Shown here piece by piece: positions 1-14,150 of a stretch of DNA of 64,000 bases (position 1 is the stretch's first letter; every line of letters starts with the position of its first letter). Source of the DNA: Utricularia gibba (lineage: Eukaryota > Plantae > Magnoliophyta); contig CM007989.1 in assembly GCA_002189035.1 (NCBI GenBank), positions 6,262,001 through 6,326,000 on the forward strand, read 5' to 3'. A program made the position numbers and the translations under genes. The notes beneath the pieces were generated by a model that worked only from the letters and a program-made list of their open reading frames with translations, searched no databases and was not told where the DNA came from.

Positions 1-367
1 TTACCATCAATATGTTTATTTCAAAATAATAAAAAAATTACAAATAATCAATTATGTTTTATTACATTGATATTTGAAAGCGGTAGAAAATTAAAAGTCT
101 CAAGTAAAACAAATGCTTAGTAAAAAAAACTTCCTTATCGGTTGACATTTCAGACGATAGAAGAAGGGCGCGTGAACAAAAGTTTGCACAATATCCATAA
201 TCTTTTTACTCGTTATTTGTATGAATATTTTAATCGTTATACAAAAGTTGACATTTTATACATATTTTATCAAACAATATGTCAGATTTTATATTTTATT
301 TTATAACTATAATTTTAAAAGTATTTTTATTTTAATAAAAATATATGTTGTATAATTTATTTAGAAA

Positions 368-371
<4 letters not shown>

Positions 372-415
<44 letters not shown>
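372..415. repeat. (AT)n microsatellite, about 22 units
   Basis: Uninterrupted AT dinucleotide run read directly. Confidence 0.95.
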
Positions 416-418
<3 letters not shown>

Positions 419-855
419 ATTTTTAATAATTTATATATATATACATAATAGTATAATAGATTATGACAATCTCTGATAATGTAGATAAATATACGACAGA
501 ATATATTTTTATTAAAATACATATACTTTTAGAATTATAATTACATAATAAAATATAAAATCTAACAAAATGGGTATAAATTCACTCACATAACAGATAA
601 TAGGTAAAAAAAATTATGGAAAGTGTGCGGCAGTGCACTTTTCTACTTAACTCTGCTTTAATGCGTTTCCTGGAAGATGCTGCTGCTGCTGTTGCAGCGA
701 CTTCTTGTAGTGCGGTGGAAGGGTTGTACAACAGAAATCAATCATTATTTGTCTATGATGTTTAATCCAATGCACACAAGATGCAAATGTACGGTATGGA
801 TGGATCTGATGCATCATTTATGAACAAGAAATGGAGAGGATCTGCTCGTCGCTGG

Positions 856-3800
856 CTACTTGTGCTGGCGACCAAGGTGTGGATGGAGTCCCAAAACGTG
901 CTCCGGCATGAAATCGTGCCTCGTCAGGATCCCGACGATCGGAGGCCTCTGCAAGAAGGATGCAGATTCAATACAAAGCAATGGAAACACAGCTAAAAAG
1001 ACAACCAGAACTTACTCCTGGTGTTTTGGGGACAACACAGAGGTGTCTGAGGCCAAGTTCTCTGAAAAGGAGAGCCGCTTTTGCAAGGGACATGGTCTCA
1101 ACCACGGTGTAAGGAGATGTATTGGTGATCGGATGCAGATCAACGTACATCTCCATTTCCTCCTTGCTGATGTCCAGATCCTCCAACTTTAGACCCTTTC
1201 CGGACCCGGCCTTGGCAAAGTCGAAGGCATGACAGCTGCGGAGAAGTTGAGACCCTGAGGGCACCATTTGCTTTGTGAAACATTTTATCTTGAGCAGCAC
1301 CAGCAAATGCGACCTCAGCACAATCCCACAGAGCTCTGATGCACCTGTGAGTGGTGGCTCATCAATCACAGGGAACCCGTGATGCCGAGTCATCTGCAGG
1401 GCGTGGACTATGTTTTCCACTTTCTCAATGCCACAGAATGTGATCAATGGACCAGTGCATACATCCCCCGCTGCTAGCTGCCTCATGTACGGTTCAGCAT
1501 GGGCTTCCAGGTAAGGCAGGCCCTTCATTCTCACTATCTGATCGTACACACCCTTGTTGAAACTGTCTGCCACAGTTTTTGATACCAGAAGAACCAGCAT
1601 AAGCAATGGAAGCATCAACAGATCATTGGTAAGTTCCAGCAGTATCACACACAGAGAAACTGTCATTCTCATCGTCCCCCAAGAAATGAAGCAGCCCCCA
1701 GAAGGGAAAACAAGCCAACATCAAGACTAGATATAGAAGCCAGCAGTCGCCCAACCAGACGTCCATAAGAGGCTCCAGCAAGAATCACAGGAATGAACAG
1801 ACCAGATGGGACCGCAATTCCATAAGTAATGATACCAAGGAAGTAGATTGCAACAAAGAAGATGAACAATGTATAGAGATGAAACTCATTTGTGTTGTTC
1901 GAACTGAATAAATGACGGATGGCATCATCATTAGTGTTAAAGAACAAGGAGGCAAGATCATTGTAATGACCAGGAGGACACTGGAAGTTCTTGTAGTTGC
2001 CAGAACGACCAATTGTGGGGCATTGTTGTTTCAAGTCAGCTGGGCATGGAGTGCACTGTGCAATCCACGGAAGACCATATGCACAACAAGATGTTAAAAG
2101 AGAAACACAGATGACTACTAGGATCTTTGGACCTCGCCCTCTCCTGCAGAAAGAAAACATATTTGAAGTCAAGAAACAATGCATGGTATACACTGTCCGA
2201 GCAAAAAAAATCATGCATTTTTATGTTACAAAATTTAGTAATCCGTCCATTGGCTGCACCATGAATTAGAGCAAAATCATCAGAACCAAGGCCAACTTAC
2301 TCATTAATGATGGCATATGTTCTCAAGACCTTGTCAACCAGAAAATTGTATAGACTGCCCAAAAGGCCACCAAGAACACCAAGCACCACAACAGCAACCA
2401 AATCATTAGAACTGTACGTTGGGATTGCAGAATTTACATCAAACATGATGAGACCTCCCTGACCAAAAAGACCACAATGACCACCACGGCAAAATTGTAT
2501 AAAGCTCCTTAGAACCACAGCTACAACAGCAGTCGTGAAAAAGGTCCTCCAAAGAAGAGCGCTTCTCCACCTGGATGACCAAATACGTTCATCAGATAGA
2601 TGATGATTTCATGGACAACATTCTCAGTCAGAAAATAGTAATGGAAGCTTTCATATTATCAAGGCAGTGTAAGGGAAAATAAAATGGAAAATAATACCAA
2701 GAGGCTGCTTCTTCAAGAGCAAAAAGAACACCACCAACTGGGGCACGGAAGGCAGCAGCCACTCCAGCAGCAGCACCACATGTAATCAAATCACGCCGAT
2801 CTCTATCATTTTTAAAGTATCTGAGCCACTTCCATGTCAAATGGTACTTCCGGGAACCTCCCTGTCCAAGCAGATTTGCAATGCATGCACCAGTATGAAC
2901 CATTGGTCCTTCTTTGCCAACCACAAATCCAGCTGCCACTCCAAAAATAGAGCCAAATATCTGTACAAATTGCAGTATCCAACGGCAAACTTCTGAAATT
3001 GTATCTCACAAATACGTTAAATTCAACACTCATGGAACTAGAGACCTTATTTCCAAATTCATCCTACAATCTTGAGGACAAATTTATTCATCAAATGAAG
3101 CCCGAGGGAAATGTTCTAGTTTTATTACTAGCCAGTAATAGCATTCTGATCAAGGATTTTAAAATCACTGACTCCTTACACTAATAGCATTTCTATTTCT
3201 CATTCAAATTACATAAAAAAGCACTAAACTTGATAAAGGAAGGAAAGAAGTTCAAAATACCTTAACAAAGAGAGTACTAGGAGCCAAAATAGAATGAGCA
3301 TCAACACCATTGAGATATGCTTTCACCTCAGGAATCCCAGAACCAGCTGCTGCCGGTGCAAAGAATGCACACAAAACTCCCGCACAAATTGCAAGGAACA
3401 CATTCATTCCAGCAAAAGCCAAAAATGACTGGATGTACCTGTGCTGGAGCGAATCACAGTTAATCTTCATTCATCAAAGTCATAAGAAGAGTGGAAACAT
3501 CAGCTATCACAATTAATTTTTTGAAGGCAAGATCAGTAAAATGAATGCTATGATATTATTGCTTCTTATTTCTTTTAAAGAGAAATATTAGGAACTATAG
3601 GACAATGCAAAGATGAACGCTTCATATAGTGACAGTAATAAATAACATCAAGAGTAAATTGAGATTTGAGATTCTAATGTAGCACACTAGAAAGAAATGA
3701 GCTTACTTATTCTGGAGCATCAAGTTGCTAGTATGCAAAAGCTTAAAACCAGCAATATTTTCAACTGCGAGGTTGTTGAAGAAGCCAACAAGACCGGTAA

Positions 3801-4485
3801 GCAACCCAATGAGAAGAGCAAGTGTCCACTTTAGGAAAATATACTGAAAGATTTGGACTTTCTTCCTAGATCTCCAATCTTGCTTGAAAAGTTCATTTTC
3901 GATAATCCTGTGGACTAGAGGCGTTAGAGTCATATATATGATAAAGTCTCCTCTATAAAATACTTCCGTCAAAAAAAAGGTAGTGAAAACTGAGAGGTTA
4001 CAGATTTGAGAAATGAAGTATTCAGCCTCTCCATGCAAGCGATTGGACAGTAAAATCTATATAGCAGCTTTATCTTTGGGAATTAATACACTATACAATT
4101 TTACTGAAATGGACCAAATGGCTGCCCCAAATATCCCTAAATCTTCTCCATCGTGAAGCTACAATAAAGAATATATACAGAGGCTTCGCATGATCAAAAA
4201 ATCATCCACTGTGATCTAGTGTGCGCTGCCTTTGACGTCCTCTTAAAAGAAAGTGTGAGGAAAAATAAAAACATACTCATAATCAAGGCTCTCGATGGGG
4301 TAAATTTTGGAGCCAACAATGGCAATCTGAGAAGTTGTATTTATTCTACTCTTGACAAGAAGCGGCTCCCTCATGCTGCCCTCGGAAGACATATTGCTTT
4401 CCTTCCTATCAAAGTGCCCCACAATGCCACCTTCATTCTCAATGTCACCACTGCATATGCTCTCACTGTCCTTCTGATGATCCAT
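856..4485 (-). CDS. CLC-c: Chloride channel CLC-c-like anion/H+ exchanger, 7 coding exons, with an apparent -1 frameshift at 1676-1680
   Basis: Exons 4485-4277, 3907-3707, 3438-3261, 2960-2698, 2570-2301, 2143-1016, 948-856, all GT-AG. Motifs: TTSQIAIVG..PIESLDYE, GSGIPE (Ser-type selectivity filter), GKEGP gating Glu, LFALEE proton Glu, GLFIP, C-terminal CBS region. Exons sum to 2342 nt; adding 1 nt gives 780 aa plus stop. Confidence 0.95.
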
Positions 4486-7400
4486 GAGAAACAGCCTACA
4501 AAGAAGACAATCAATTCTTATGAGGACTTCAAGTACCATCTCAGAATAAACACCTAGGCTGGTTTCAGGCTTGACTAGTAAGCACAGAACCACCAAATCT
4601 TTGAAAGCTATGAAAGATGACTATTCAACAAAAAGATTATTATACCATCATCATGCACTATGGCATGATGTTGAAAATGACTTAAATGAGTTGAAATCTT
4701 TAAAAAACTCCACTTAATAATGAATTCATTCAAATGAAGCTTGGGTCAAAAATACGACACCATAAAACTCAACAGCGTAAGGAAGGAGCGCGGCTTCCAG
4801 TGCACCGCTGAGGCTTATGTTGCAGTAACGGAAAACAAAGGATGCAATTGGAAAAGCAATCCCTTAATTCCCAAACAACTCCTATAATTGAATGGGAAAG
4901 CAACGAATGCAGCTGCCATTTAATACTCATAAATAAAGTGTGATTAAAAACAAAAGCTTTGGTCTTTAGAAAAGTTTCCACTGAGAATGAATCAGGTTCA
5001 ACAAGTAAAATCAACATATAATATGCACAAAAAGGAGAAATGGAGTAGGCCAACAGTAAACTCCAGATTCCCTAATACTCCTACGAAAAAGCATCCAAAA
5101 AAAAACCCAGAAAGATGGAGAAGCTGCTGCAGAGATGTTGAATTTCAATAACACAACACCCAATTGTAATCACCAGTGATGAATACAGGATCAGAGCTAC
5201 GCCTTGAATCCGGTGGTGGGATCTATATGCTTGGAAGTCGAGAAGATAAGCGACCGCTAACAATCGCTGTTCTACTCAATCATATGGGTCGCTCAATGGG
5301 TGATCTCCGTTCTCCAACGTGGTTCGTGCCTTTGTCTTGTCACAGCTCGTCAACGTAAAGAAATTGAACTGTTTCCAATTGAGGGGAGCAAGATCACGCA
5401 ATCCATGAAAAAAAAAAACATTAATGAATCATTACAACAGAACACGAAAGCAACTTTAAACATCTGAAAACCGATATCTTACCGTAACCCTAAAACTCAA
5501 CCAACCGAATGGACCAGCGCTGGTGGCCTGAATCCTGATTGTTCCACCCTCACCCTGTCTGTCTCTGGTCGGCTTGCGAGCATGTTATACGCAGGCGATG
5601 AAATGGATTGAGTTGGCATGACATTAAATTCAAATTCAAATTCCAACTCACAACTGAATTTAAGTTGATTGCGATTTATTAATGGAATAATTGTTTAATC
5701 TTAAATTTTAAGTAATTTGATCTCATATTTCTCTTTAAATGTCAAACCTAATCTTTTGTTAACATGATACTGTCTAATATTCTCACTCATATCGCCTAGG
5801 ACACATGAATGGTAAGTATTAGTCAAATGAAAAAAAAATATTTTTTTAGAGTTTCAAAGGGTTATCTTGTTGATGACAACCTTTAAGGTAAGTGTTGATT
5901 GATGAGACTAATAAAATTTAATAAGTGTTATGAATTATATTATATTTAATTTATAGATTTAAGTGAATTCAAGATTGAAAAGTTTGTTTAAAACTCATGT
6001 AGAATGATTTATTTACAAATGTTCTCCCTTGAGGTAATTTTGATTGGTGTCTAGCATATTAGCTTGAGTTTAACTTATTTTAGATAAAAAGATTTTGAGG
6101 ATTTAAAAAATAATTCATGTTTAGTGTAGAGGTATAATTTATTTAGATTTATGATAAATTTATGTATGGAATTATTGAAATATCCCTTATCTAAAAAAAT
6201 CCAATTCCTTTTTTATTTTTCAACCTCCCCCCTTATCGACAATGTCGGGGGTGTTGTGGATTGTGTTTTCAATCATTAGCTGGGTAAGTTGTGGCCCAGA
6301 TGCATGCTTTAGGCTTCAATTACACGTCTTTCATTGTGAGGAGTTTACTGTGTAAAATTCATTTGACTTTGGTTTAGAATCATCCATTGCAGGGTTAGTG
6401 GGGGAAATGTATGTCTGTCACTCTTTAAATCTTTACATCTCACTTTTCTTTTTCTCTTTTATAGATCGTAAAGATATTTAACTCAACAACTATAAAAAAA
6501 TATAGCAAAAAAAAGGAAATGATACTCAAGTCTAAAAAGGAAAAGGACCTCTTACAAGGCTTGAAGTAGATAATGAAAGTGGATTAGAAAATTGAAAATA
6601 GTTTTAAAAATGAGCATCCCCAAGTAAAGCAGTCAATATTCTCAAAGATTTGTTGGCATTCGTATACATTCAAATATATCAAATAAGGTGCATGCATGAA
6701 AAAAAGACGACTTATGGATTTTTTAATTAGGTTAGATGTCAGTTTTAATGAAATAAACAACACTATAGATGCTAACAAGAAAGCTCAAAAGAAGATTGTA
6801 CATGTATACATTTATTATACTTAAATTTGTTAGACTGGTTCCAATTATGGTTAATTGCAATCATTTGATACAATAAAGTAGTTTAACCTGGTAAGTACTA
6901 ATCATTTTCGATAAAGTAAAAATATTAAATAATAAATAATTATAGCTACATAACTATGATGAGTTCTTCAATCATATGGCATTTATTAGTAAATCTTGAA
7001 CCTGTTGCATCATTATTGATATTGATCAGAAGTACACAGCCCTATGCATTCAACTCCTGCATTTGGGGTAATAACTGCACACACTCATCATAAACCCTGG
7101 AGATGAAATAAAACATAACAAAGTAAAATAATACTTTGAAAAAAAATGAATACCCTAAAATTCATGGATTTTATCGAAAGCCAATATTTTTTACGCTACA
7201 TTTATTTGTATCCAAGTAAATTGAATGCTTTTAACATTATTAAGGTCTCTTTGAGTTTGGTCTAGTAAAAATATTTAAATTTCTGATAAAATACATTGAG
7301 AGTTTGCATGCTTTATTAAGTTTCTATTTGAAATAAAAACTACTTATGTTTAATCACAAAAATACTTTAACATGTTTTTAAAAAGGAAAATCTTCCAAAA

Positions 7401-7744
7401 CATCGCAATATCTTTTGAGACATCTCTTCATAGTTCTGCCACATTGACATGTCCAAAAATGGAATTGTTAATTAAATGTTAATTATTAAATTTCTGTAAT
7501 ATTTTTATAGTATGAAAATTTATAAAATATAGTTTTTAAAATTTATATATTTGTAGAATATTAATAAATATATATAGAATTGAACCATTTGAAAATTATG
7601 CTTAATTATAGTATTACAAAAATAAAGCAATTATTATTCTATGGAAATTTTGAATTTTATTAAAATGAATGAAATTGATTTTCGGGAAACCTACCGTGTC
7701 AAACCCTTGAGAACGGCCACCCGTCGTTCTGTATACAGAAGTAG

Positions 7745-8848
7745 ATGGCCTCAATCTGCTGCTTCAACTCCGCCGCAGCAGTCGCCGGAGCCGTATCTTT
7801 CTCCAAAACTCATAGAAGCCTTCGGTTTGATGTATCTTCTCTGCCGACTTCATCCGATTATTTATCCACCGAACTGCAGCCCCTTTTCACATCCGTGAGA
7901 TCATTCGCCCCAGCCACAGTCGCCAACTTAGGACCTGGATTCGATTTCCTCGGCTGCGCCGTAGATGGAATCGGTGACTATGTCGATGTCCGTGTGGATC
8001 CGGAAGTTCGCCCTGGACAAATCTCGATTTCCCACATCTCTGGCGCTGGCACGCGCCTCAGCAAGAATCCCCTTTGGAACTGCGCGGGAATCGCTGCCAT
8101 TGCCGTTATGAGAATGCTGAAAATCAGGTCAGTGGGGCTTTCTTTGTCTCTCGACAAGGGTCTCCCTCTCGGTAGTGGGCTCGGCTCCAGCGCTGCCAGC
8201 GCTGCAGCGGCCGCCGTTGCCGTGAATGAATTGTTCGGAGGGCCGTTGTCGCCTTCCCAACTTGTGGCTGCAGGGCTTGAATCGGAGGCGAAGGTCTCCG
8301 GTTACCATGCTGATAATGTAGCTCCTTCGATTCTGGGAGGATTTGTTTTGATTCGTAGTTATGAGCCTCTTGAACTGATGCCTTTGAAATTCCCACATGA
8401 GAAAGAACTGTTCTTTGTATTGGTGAATCCTGAATTCGAGGCTCCGACGAAGAAGATGAGAGAAGCCTTGCCACCGGAGATCGCCATGTCTCAACATGTT
8501 TGGAACTGCAGCCAGGCTGGGGCTTTAGTTGCCTCAGTTTTGCAGGGTAACATTGAAGGATTCGGCAAAGCTTTGTCTTCCGATAAGATTGTGGAGCCAA
8601 AGAGAGCTCCCTTGATACCAGGCATGGCTGCTGTCAAGAAAGCTGCGATTGACAGCGGTGCATTTGGCTGCACGATTAGTGGAGCTGGGCCGACCATTGT
8701 TGCTGTGACGGATAATGAGGATAAGGGTCGGCACATTGGAGAGAAGATGGTGGAGGCTTTCATGGAGAATGGTCATTTGAAGGCGGTAGCCATGGTTAAG
8801 CAGCTTGATAGAGTTGGAGCTAGGCTTGTTAGTTCGGTTTCTAGGTGA
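7745..8848 (+). CDS. HSK: Homoserine kinase, plastid-targeted, intronless, 367 aa
   Basis: APATVANLGPGFDFLG, GHMP motif GLPLGSGLGSSAASA, HADN, ISGAGPT; Ser/Ala-rich N-terminal transit peptide. Confidence 0.97.
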   Translation: MASICCFNSAAAVAGAVSFSKTHRSLRFDVSSLPTSSDYLSTELQPLFTSVRSFAPATVANLGPGFDFLGCAVDGIGDYVDVRVDPEVRPGQISISHISGAGTRLSKNPLWNCAGIAAIAVMRMLKIRSVGLSLSLDKGLPLGSGLGSSAASAAAAAVAVNELFGGPLSPSQLVAAGLESEAKVSGYHADNVAPSILGGFVLIRSYEPLELMPLKFPHEKELFFVLVNPEFEAPTKKMREALPPEIAMSQHVWNCSQAGALVASVLQGNIEGFGKALSSDKIVEPKRAPLIPGMAAVKKAAIDSGAFGCTISGAGPTIVAVTDNEDKGRHIGEKMVEAFMENGHLKAVAMVKQLDRVGARLVSSVSR

Positions 8849-9228
8849 ATCATTTTTTGTCTTCTGCTAATAAGACCATATTGTTATCGGAGTTGAATTG
8901 CCCTAGAGATTGCCATCGAAAAACTGATCAAAGGAAAAACAGAACATGAAGAAAGTTCATATTTTCCCTTCCAACTCCTACTTCCCTTTGAACTGGGCTG
9001 GAGCCTGGAGGTGATGCATTTCATTGCGAAAAAACAGATACTCACAAAACAAGCAACAGATGCAAATTGTTTCTTATAGATATGCAAAACAAATCACGCA
9101 ACATTGTGAAGAAAGTTCACATCTTCTGGTTAACTGCATCAGAGATGATGCAGTTAATTGTGAGAAGCGTACTGTAACAGTAGAAAGATGGAAATGAAAG
9201 AGGACATGACATAATCTACAAGCAAAGT

Positions 9229-10131
9229 TCATATCTTCCTGTTTCTTCTAACTCCCACTTTCTTTTCCTTCACAGCAGCAGATTTCTCAGCATTCATCAT
9301 TACAGGCAATGGGGGCTTCAGGTTTTCTTTTCTAGTAGTGCTTCTAAGTGAGTACCTTGGTGTTTCTTTCACAGCTACTACCCTTGGTTGTGGGTCAGGG
9401 CTCATGATAGTAGCCATTTCTACCAGGGCTTCTACTCTCCTATTAGGGATGATGCTGTCTCTTTTCTTTGCCGACTCAACTCTTACACCAAGATCATAAC
9501 CAGGCTTCTTCTCCTTGATCCCCATGGCTTCGTTTTTCTTTCTTTTGAGTCTCTCGTTTCTCCGGGCTGCATACTCATCGTACAACCTACCCCTTTCAAA
9601 TAAAAGGCCACCACTACCTTCACATCCTTTGCTAGCTCGGGCTCCAAGTTCTTGGTGCAACATTTTCGTCAGAGCGAGTATTTCACATGAAATTGCCTGA
9701 TAATCAGGTCGCAGTTCACATGCTTTCACATCCAAGGAACGATCAGGCATCCCGGGTTTCATCGATGAGCCTGGGATTTCAATTTCCAGGCAGAGAATTC
9801 AAGAGCAAAAAGGCGGAATCAGTTAGGCCATTTCTCTTGCATTATACAGGAAAGTGAAGCATCTTCGAACGACACGAGGGATTAAACTTCAAAAGAAAGT
9901 AGTAAAAAAAGTGACCGTTTCGAATCAGATTTTGAATCTCCCCACAACCAAAATCAATTGTGCGCAACTGAAAAGGCATCCAAATCTACCAATCACAGAG
10001 AACCCACAACATAAAAATCTATGGGCTTCCCAAATACCTGGAGATGAAGGGATTATGTTCGACGACACAGGCTGAAGCGGCTTCCTTGAAAGAGGAGGCT
10101 TAACGCTCGATCTCAGAATCATTTTCGGCAT
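9229..10131 (-). CDS. Uncharacterised basic plant protein, 2 exons, about 211 aa
   Basis: Exon 1 10131-10038 (MPKMILRSSVKPPLSRKPLQP) splices GT-AG in frame to exon 2 9770-9229, which contains FERGRLYDEYAARRNERLKRKK and TPRYSLRS. Confidence 0.75.
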
Positions 10132-11699
10132 ACGTACCTGAATTCGCAGCAGAATGCTGGATGAGAATGAAGGGAAAACTCTCGAGAAGAGTGAGAATAT
10201 ACTTGAAAAAAGAGAGCTTTCTTTTTCTTTGGTTTGAATTGAAAGAAAAACAAGAGCAACCTTGTGATCTCTGAAGTGTAAGCTACTGGTGAGGGGGAGC
10301 GTTTCAGATCTCAACGGTCACTTTTCTCCAATGGGGCAACGGTCACCTTGTTAACCCTACTGCCAGAAATTTTCCGGAATTTGAAACAAGTGTTTTTATG
10401 ACGATTAAAAAATTACATTTTGTTAGAGAAATCCTAATAAATCATCATTATTCAGAAAAGGATAGGCATTTAATCATCTTGGATTCTATGGGATTTTGCA
10501 TCTTTAATAATTCTTGTCATGGAATAACTTATTATTTTTGGATTTTAATTATTACTTAAGTTCCTATAGTCACAATTTACAACAAAAGTATATAAAGTTT
10601 CGTTATATTTATTAAATATATTTAAATTTTCATATTTATTTCAAATGTATTAAACATTTATTACCTAAATGTAATATGTCTGAATGTGAAAAAATCTTTA
10701 AAAAAAACAGTAATTACAAAGTTTAATATTTCATGAAATATTCATATGCATTTCAAATTTACTTTAAATACACATATTAACTACAAATAACATTATTATA
10801 ATTCTTAAATTTAACAAAAAATTTCTAAAATTTAGTAGAAAAGTGTACACCTTCTCACATGTGGGTGATAAAAGTGGTCACCGTATATTTCTTTAAAAAA
10901 ATTACCCCTTTTTTATTATAAAAAATAACATTTTTTATTAAAATTATCTTATAATAATGTTAATTAAATTTTATGAATAATATTCAAAATTAAAAAATTA
11001 GAATTTTTCAAAATTTTTAATTATTTCTTTAAAATATTTAAATATCTAAAAATTTTCTATAATTTTTTTATATTAGTAATTTTTTATAAAATTTTATAAA
11101 TTATTTTTCTAAAATATTAATTCGAATAAATTTTTTACTAAATATATAAACAATTATTAAATTTATTTTTTTAAATAATAAAATACAATATAAATTATTT
11201 TACATTTAACGTCTATTTTATCTAAATTTATCTAAAAAATTATGAATAATTGAACTACTTTATCGTATAAAATTTGTTAAGAATCATCTACTATCACTCA
11301 TTGCATAATTAAATCTAGTTGATGAATAGTGCATTAAGTAAAGTAAAATTTCAATGTAGTTTAATATATGATAATCCATCTACTTAGAAGTCCATAGATA
11401 TAACATGTCTTTTAGTTTCAAAATGATTTACTCGAACATCTTGTTTTTTAATTTAGATCATGCATCAAGGTAAATGATAGTGGTGTCCATTCTCCTTCAA
11501 ATTGTACTACTTGAATTTGAATTTCATAAGCTGTTATATGATGATCAAGATACATCCTTGTATTAGTAATTTTATGAGGATCAATATTCAGTCGTTCGCA
11601 TATTTATATACAGATGTATTATAAAGTTAATAATATAAAATAAATAAAATAGACATACTGTTGGGTTACACGCAACGAAAGTTGGGAAAAACAAAAATT

Positions 11700-14150
11700 T
11701 TTCTCTTTTCGTAACTAGCGATATCTCATATCGTCAATAACATCGAAACTATGATGTCTTTAGCTTGTCCATATGAACTAGAAATCATTCTGACTAGATT
11801 GAAATCAACAAATGTATCACATACATTTTGTCCAAAATATGTTTAAACTATCTCATGATATAAATATCTATATGATACTAATATCTCATATTAGTACTAG
11901 AACTTGATTCAACCCTTGAATCAACATGTTGGAAAAAATGCAATACATTAATACTAATATCTCATATCAGCATTGATTCTTGATTCAACTCTTGAATCGA
12001 CTTATCAGGAAACATGTTGATATCAATGCTAATATCTCATATTAACACTGATTATCCTGAAAACTGAAGAAACATGGAGAATAAACGAAGAACATTACCA
12101 AACTCAAATCCAAAGTCGAGTTATCTTCTTCATATCTCTATTCATTGGTTTTGTTTCTTCTTTAACCCTCTTGATCGCTTTTCCTTTTAGAGAGCAAACA
12201 CCTCTTTCAATAAGAATTCTTAGAATAAGTTATGGAAGTTATCGAACTGTCACATATTTATAGCCAAGCATTGGCATGCATTTTAATGCAACACACTTTT
12301 CAACACGTGTTTACAAATATGGGCTTGGGCATTTAAGAAATTAAATAAATACCTAACACCTATGTTAGAAATTTCTATGTTTCTTGAGATAATTTAGATA
12401 AATACTTCCAATTTGCATAATTAAATCTTTGAATTCCAATTATCTATTTTTCAAATTTTTCAACAGATGTAGCATATACCACTTAATTGCATTTTTATCT
12501 AAATCCTTTAGTACTAAAATGAGTGAGAAGATTAGCCCGTAGATGCCGAATGCAATGTCGATGACATTCACCATATTATGGTTAAAAAAGAAGCACTTGA
12601 GATAGTGTTTTTTGAATTGAACTACACCTATATAAGATATGACATATTCCTTGTCCTGTAACAATATAATGATCAAGCAGTCGAATAAATTATAACCAAG
12701 ATTCATCATTTTTGCTATAAACCATTGCAAATGCAAGAGGTAGAAGAAGTTCACAAGTATTCATAGTTATGGCAATCAATAACTTGTGGTTAAACTTTGA
12801 GTAAAAACATGTTCCATCTATTATAATTACAAGTTGAGTTTATTGATAAGCATGAATGCATGGTTTAAAAGCCCAAAATACATACTTGAGTGTTTTAATG
12901 TCAAGAGCATTAGTTTCTTTATATTTGTAGATAACAATCATCTTAGGATTTTCTATCTGAAATCTTTATATGAAGGTATGAATAAAGGCACTAATGACTT
13001 ACATTTGGTATAAACAAGTTCAAATGCTTATCATGCCATGCTTAATATTAAAACACTGTAAATCTCATATATCTCTTAATCAATGTTTGGATAGCTTTCA
13101 CCTTAGTTGTGACATCTTCTTCTAACAATGATCTAGTAATTTCAGCAATATTCATTTCTAATACTCTTATGTGAGTGCAAGTTTGGTTTAAAAATTTGAC
13201 ATGTATGTGGCTTCTCCAATATAGTTATTTTCCATAAATCAAAATGTTTGCATGTTTGAAATGCCTTCTTATAACATCTCAAATCAAGATGTTTTTCTTC
13301 ATTTTTTTATACATAGAACTTACGATCAACTTTTACAGAATACTCATTAACAACATGAAAAAATATTAATTTAGCACCAAATCATTGGTTTTTTATAAAT
13401 GGTGAAAGTGTTAGATGTGAAGGATCAAATATTATATCTTCTAATTAATTATCTAATTGTCTCTCATTTGCGATAAAAATCCTTGCAAAACCTATCATTC
13501 AAAGAAGTCATGAATCAACTTCTCATTTTTATTGGTTTCTTATCCTTATTTATCATAGTAAGTGTCATATTAATCATTCTATCGAACAAAGAATAATTTT
13601 CTTCTATTCATTCTAAATCATATTGTATAAAGATAAAAAATATGTAAGTAAATAAAAATTATATAAACTATATTAATAAAATTTAAGAAAACAAATATCA
13701 TATTATTAATCTTCCTCTATATCTTGTATATGATTGTTAAAATTGAAATTAGAGTCATTTTCATCTTCTTAGATTGACGTAGTATCGACAAATAAATCAA
13801 TACCCATTTGAACATGTAATGGGTTGAAGACATATAAAAAATCAAGATATGATCCAAGTTCCATAAATCTTGTAAATTTTGAAGTGGAATCATAATATTG
13901 TGTATAAATTATTATTTTATATCAATTAACATATAAACTGTAAAATGATGATAATTGATTTTCTAATTCATTCAATAATATATGACTTTTAAAGTTTGTA
14001 ATAACAATTGGAATTTGATCATATGTTGGATATTCATTGTCATATGCATGGATATTTCCATAAAAGATTGTGTCACAACCCACGTTTCTTGTATATGATA
14101 TTGTTCTCTTTGACACTCAAGGCTTAGGGTTTTACGTAGACTAAACGTGC
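11700..14150 (-). mobile_element. Degenerate Mutator-like (MULE/MuDR) transposase remnant
   Basis: Minus-strand translation of about 12890-12520 gives YVFWAFKPCIHAYQ*..VIIIDGTCFYSKFNHKLLIAITMN..LLLPLAFAMV..ESW and CHRHCIRHLRAN, matching the MULE core (IDGT..LLIA..PLAFA..ESW; HxxCxRH). It carries stops and frameshifts. Boundaries are approximate. Confidence 0.75.
11876..12055. repeat. Imperfect tandem repeat, period about 75 bp, about 2.5 copies
   Basis: The unit CTAATATCTCATAT..CTTGATTCAAC(C/T)CTTGAATC..ATGTTG recurs at about 11876, 11951 and 12027. Confidence 0.7.

Noticed and set aside
4486-4596. In-frame upstream extension and upstream ATG for CLC-c
   Set aside because: It lies upstream of a splice acceptor (TTTGTAG) and looks intronic; CLC-c homology starts at the 4485 ATG.
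6540-6800. Possible hAT dimerisation-domain remnant on the minus strand (..SLRILTALL / GCSFLKL..ST)
   Set aside because: Similarity is limited to a few residues across frames; not supportable without a profile search.
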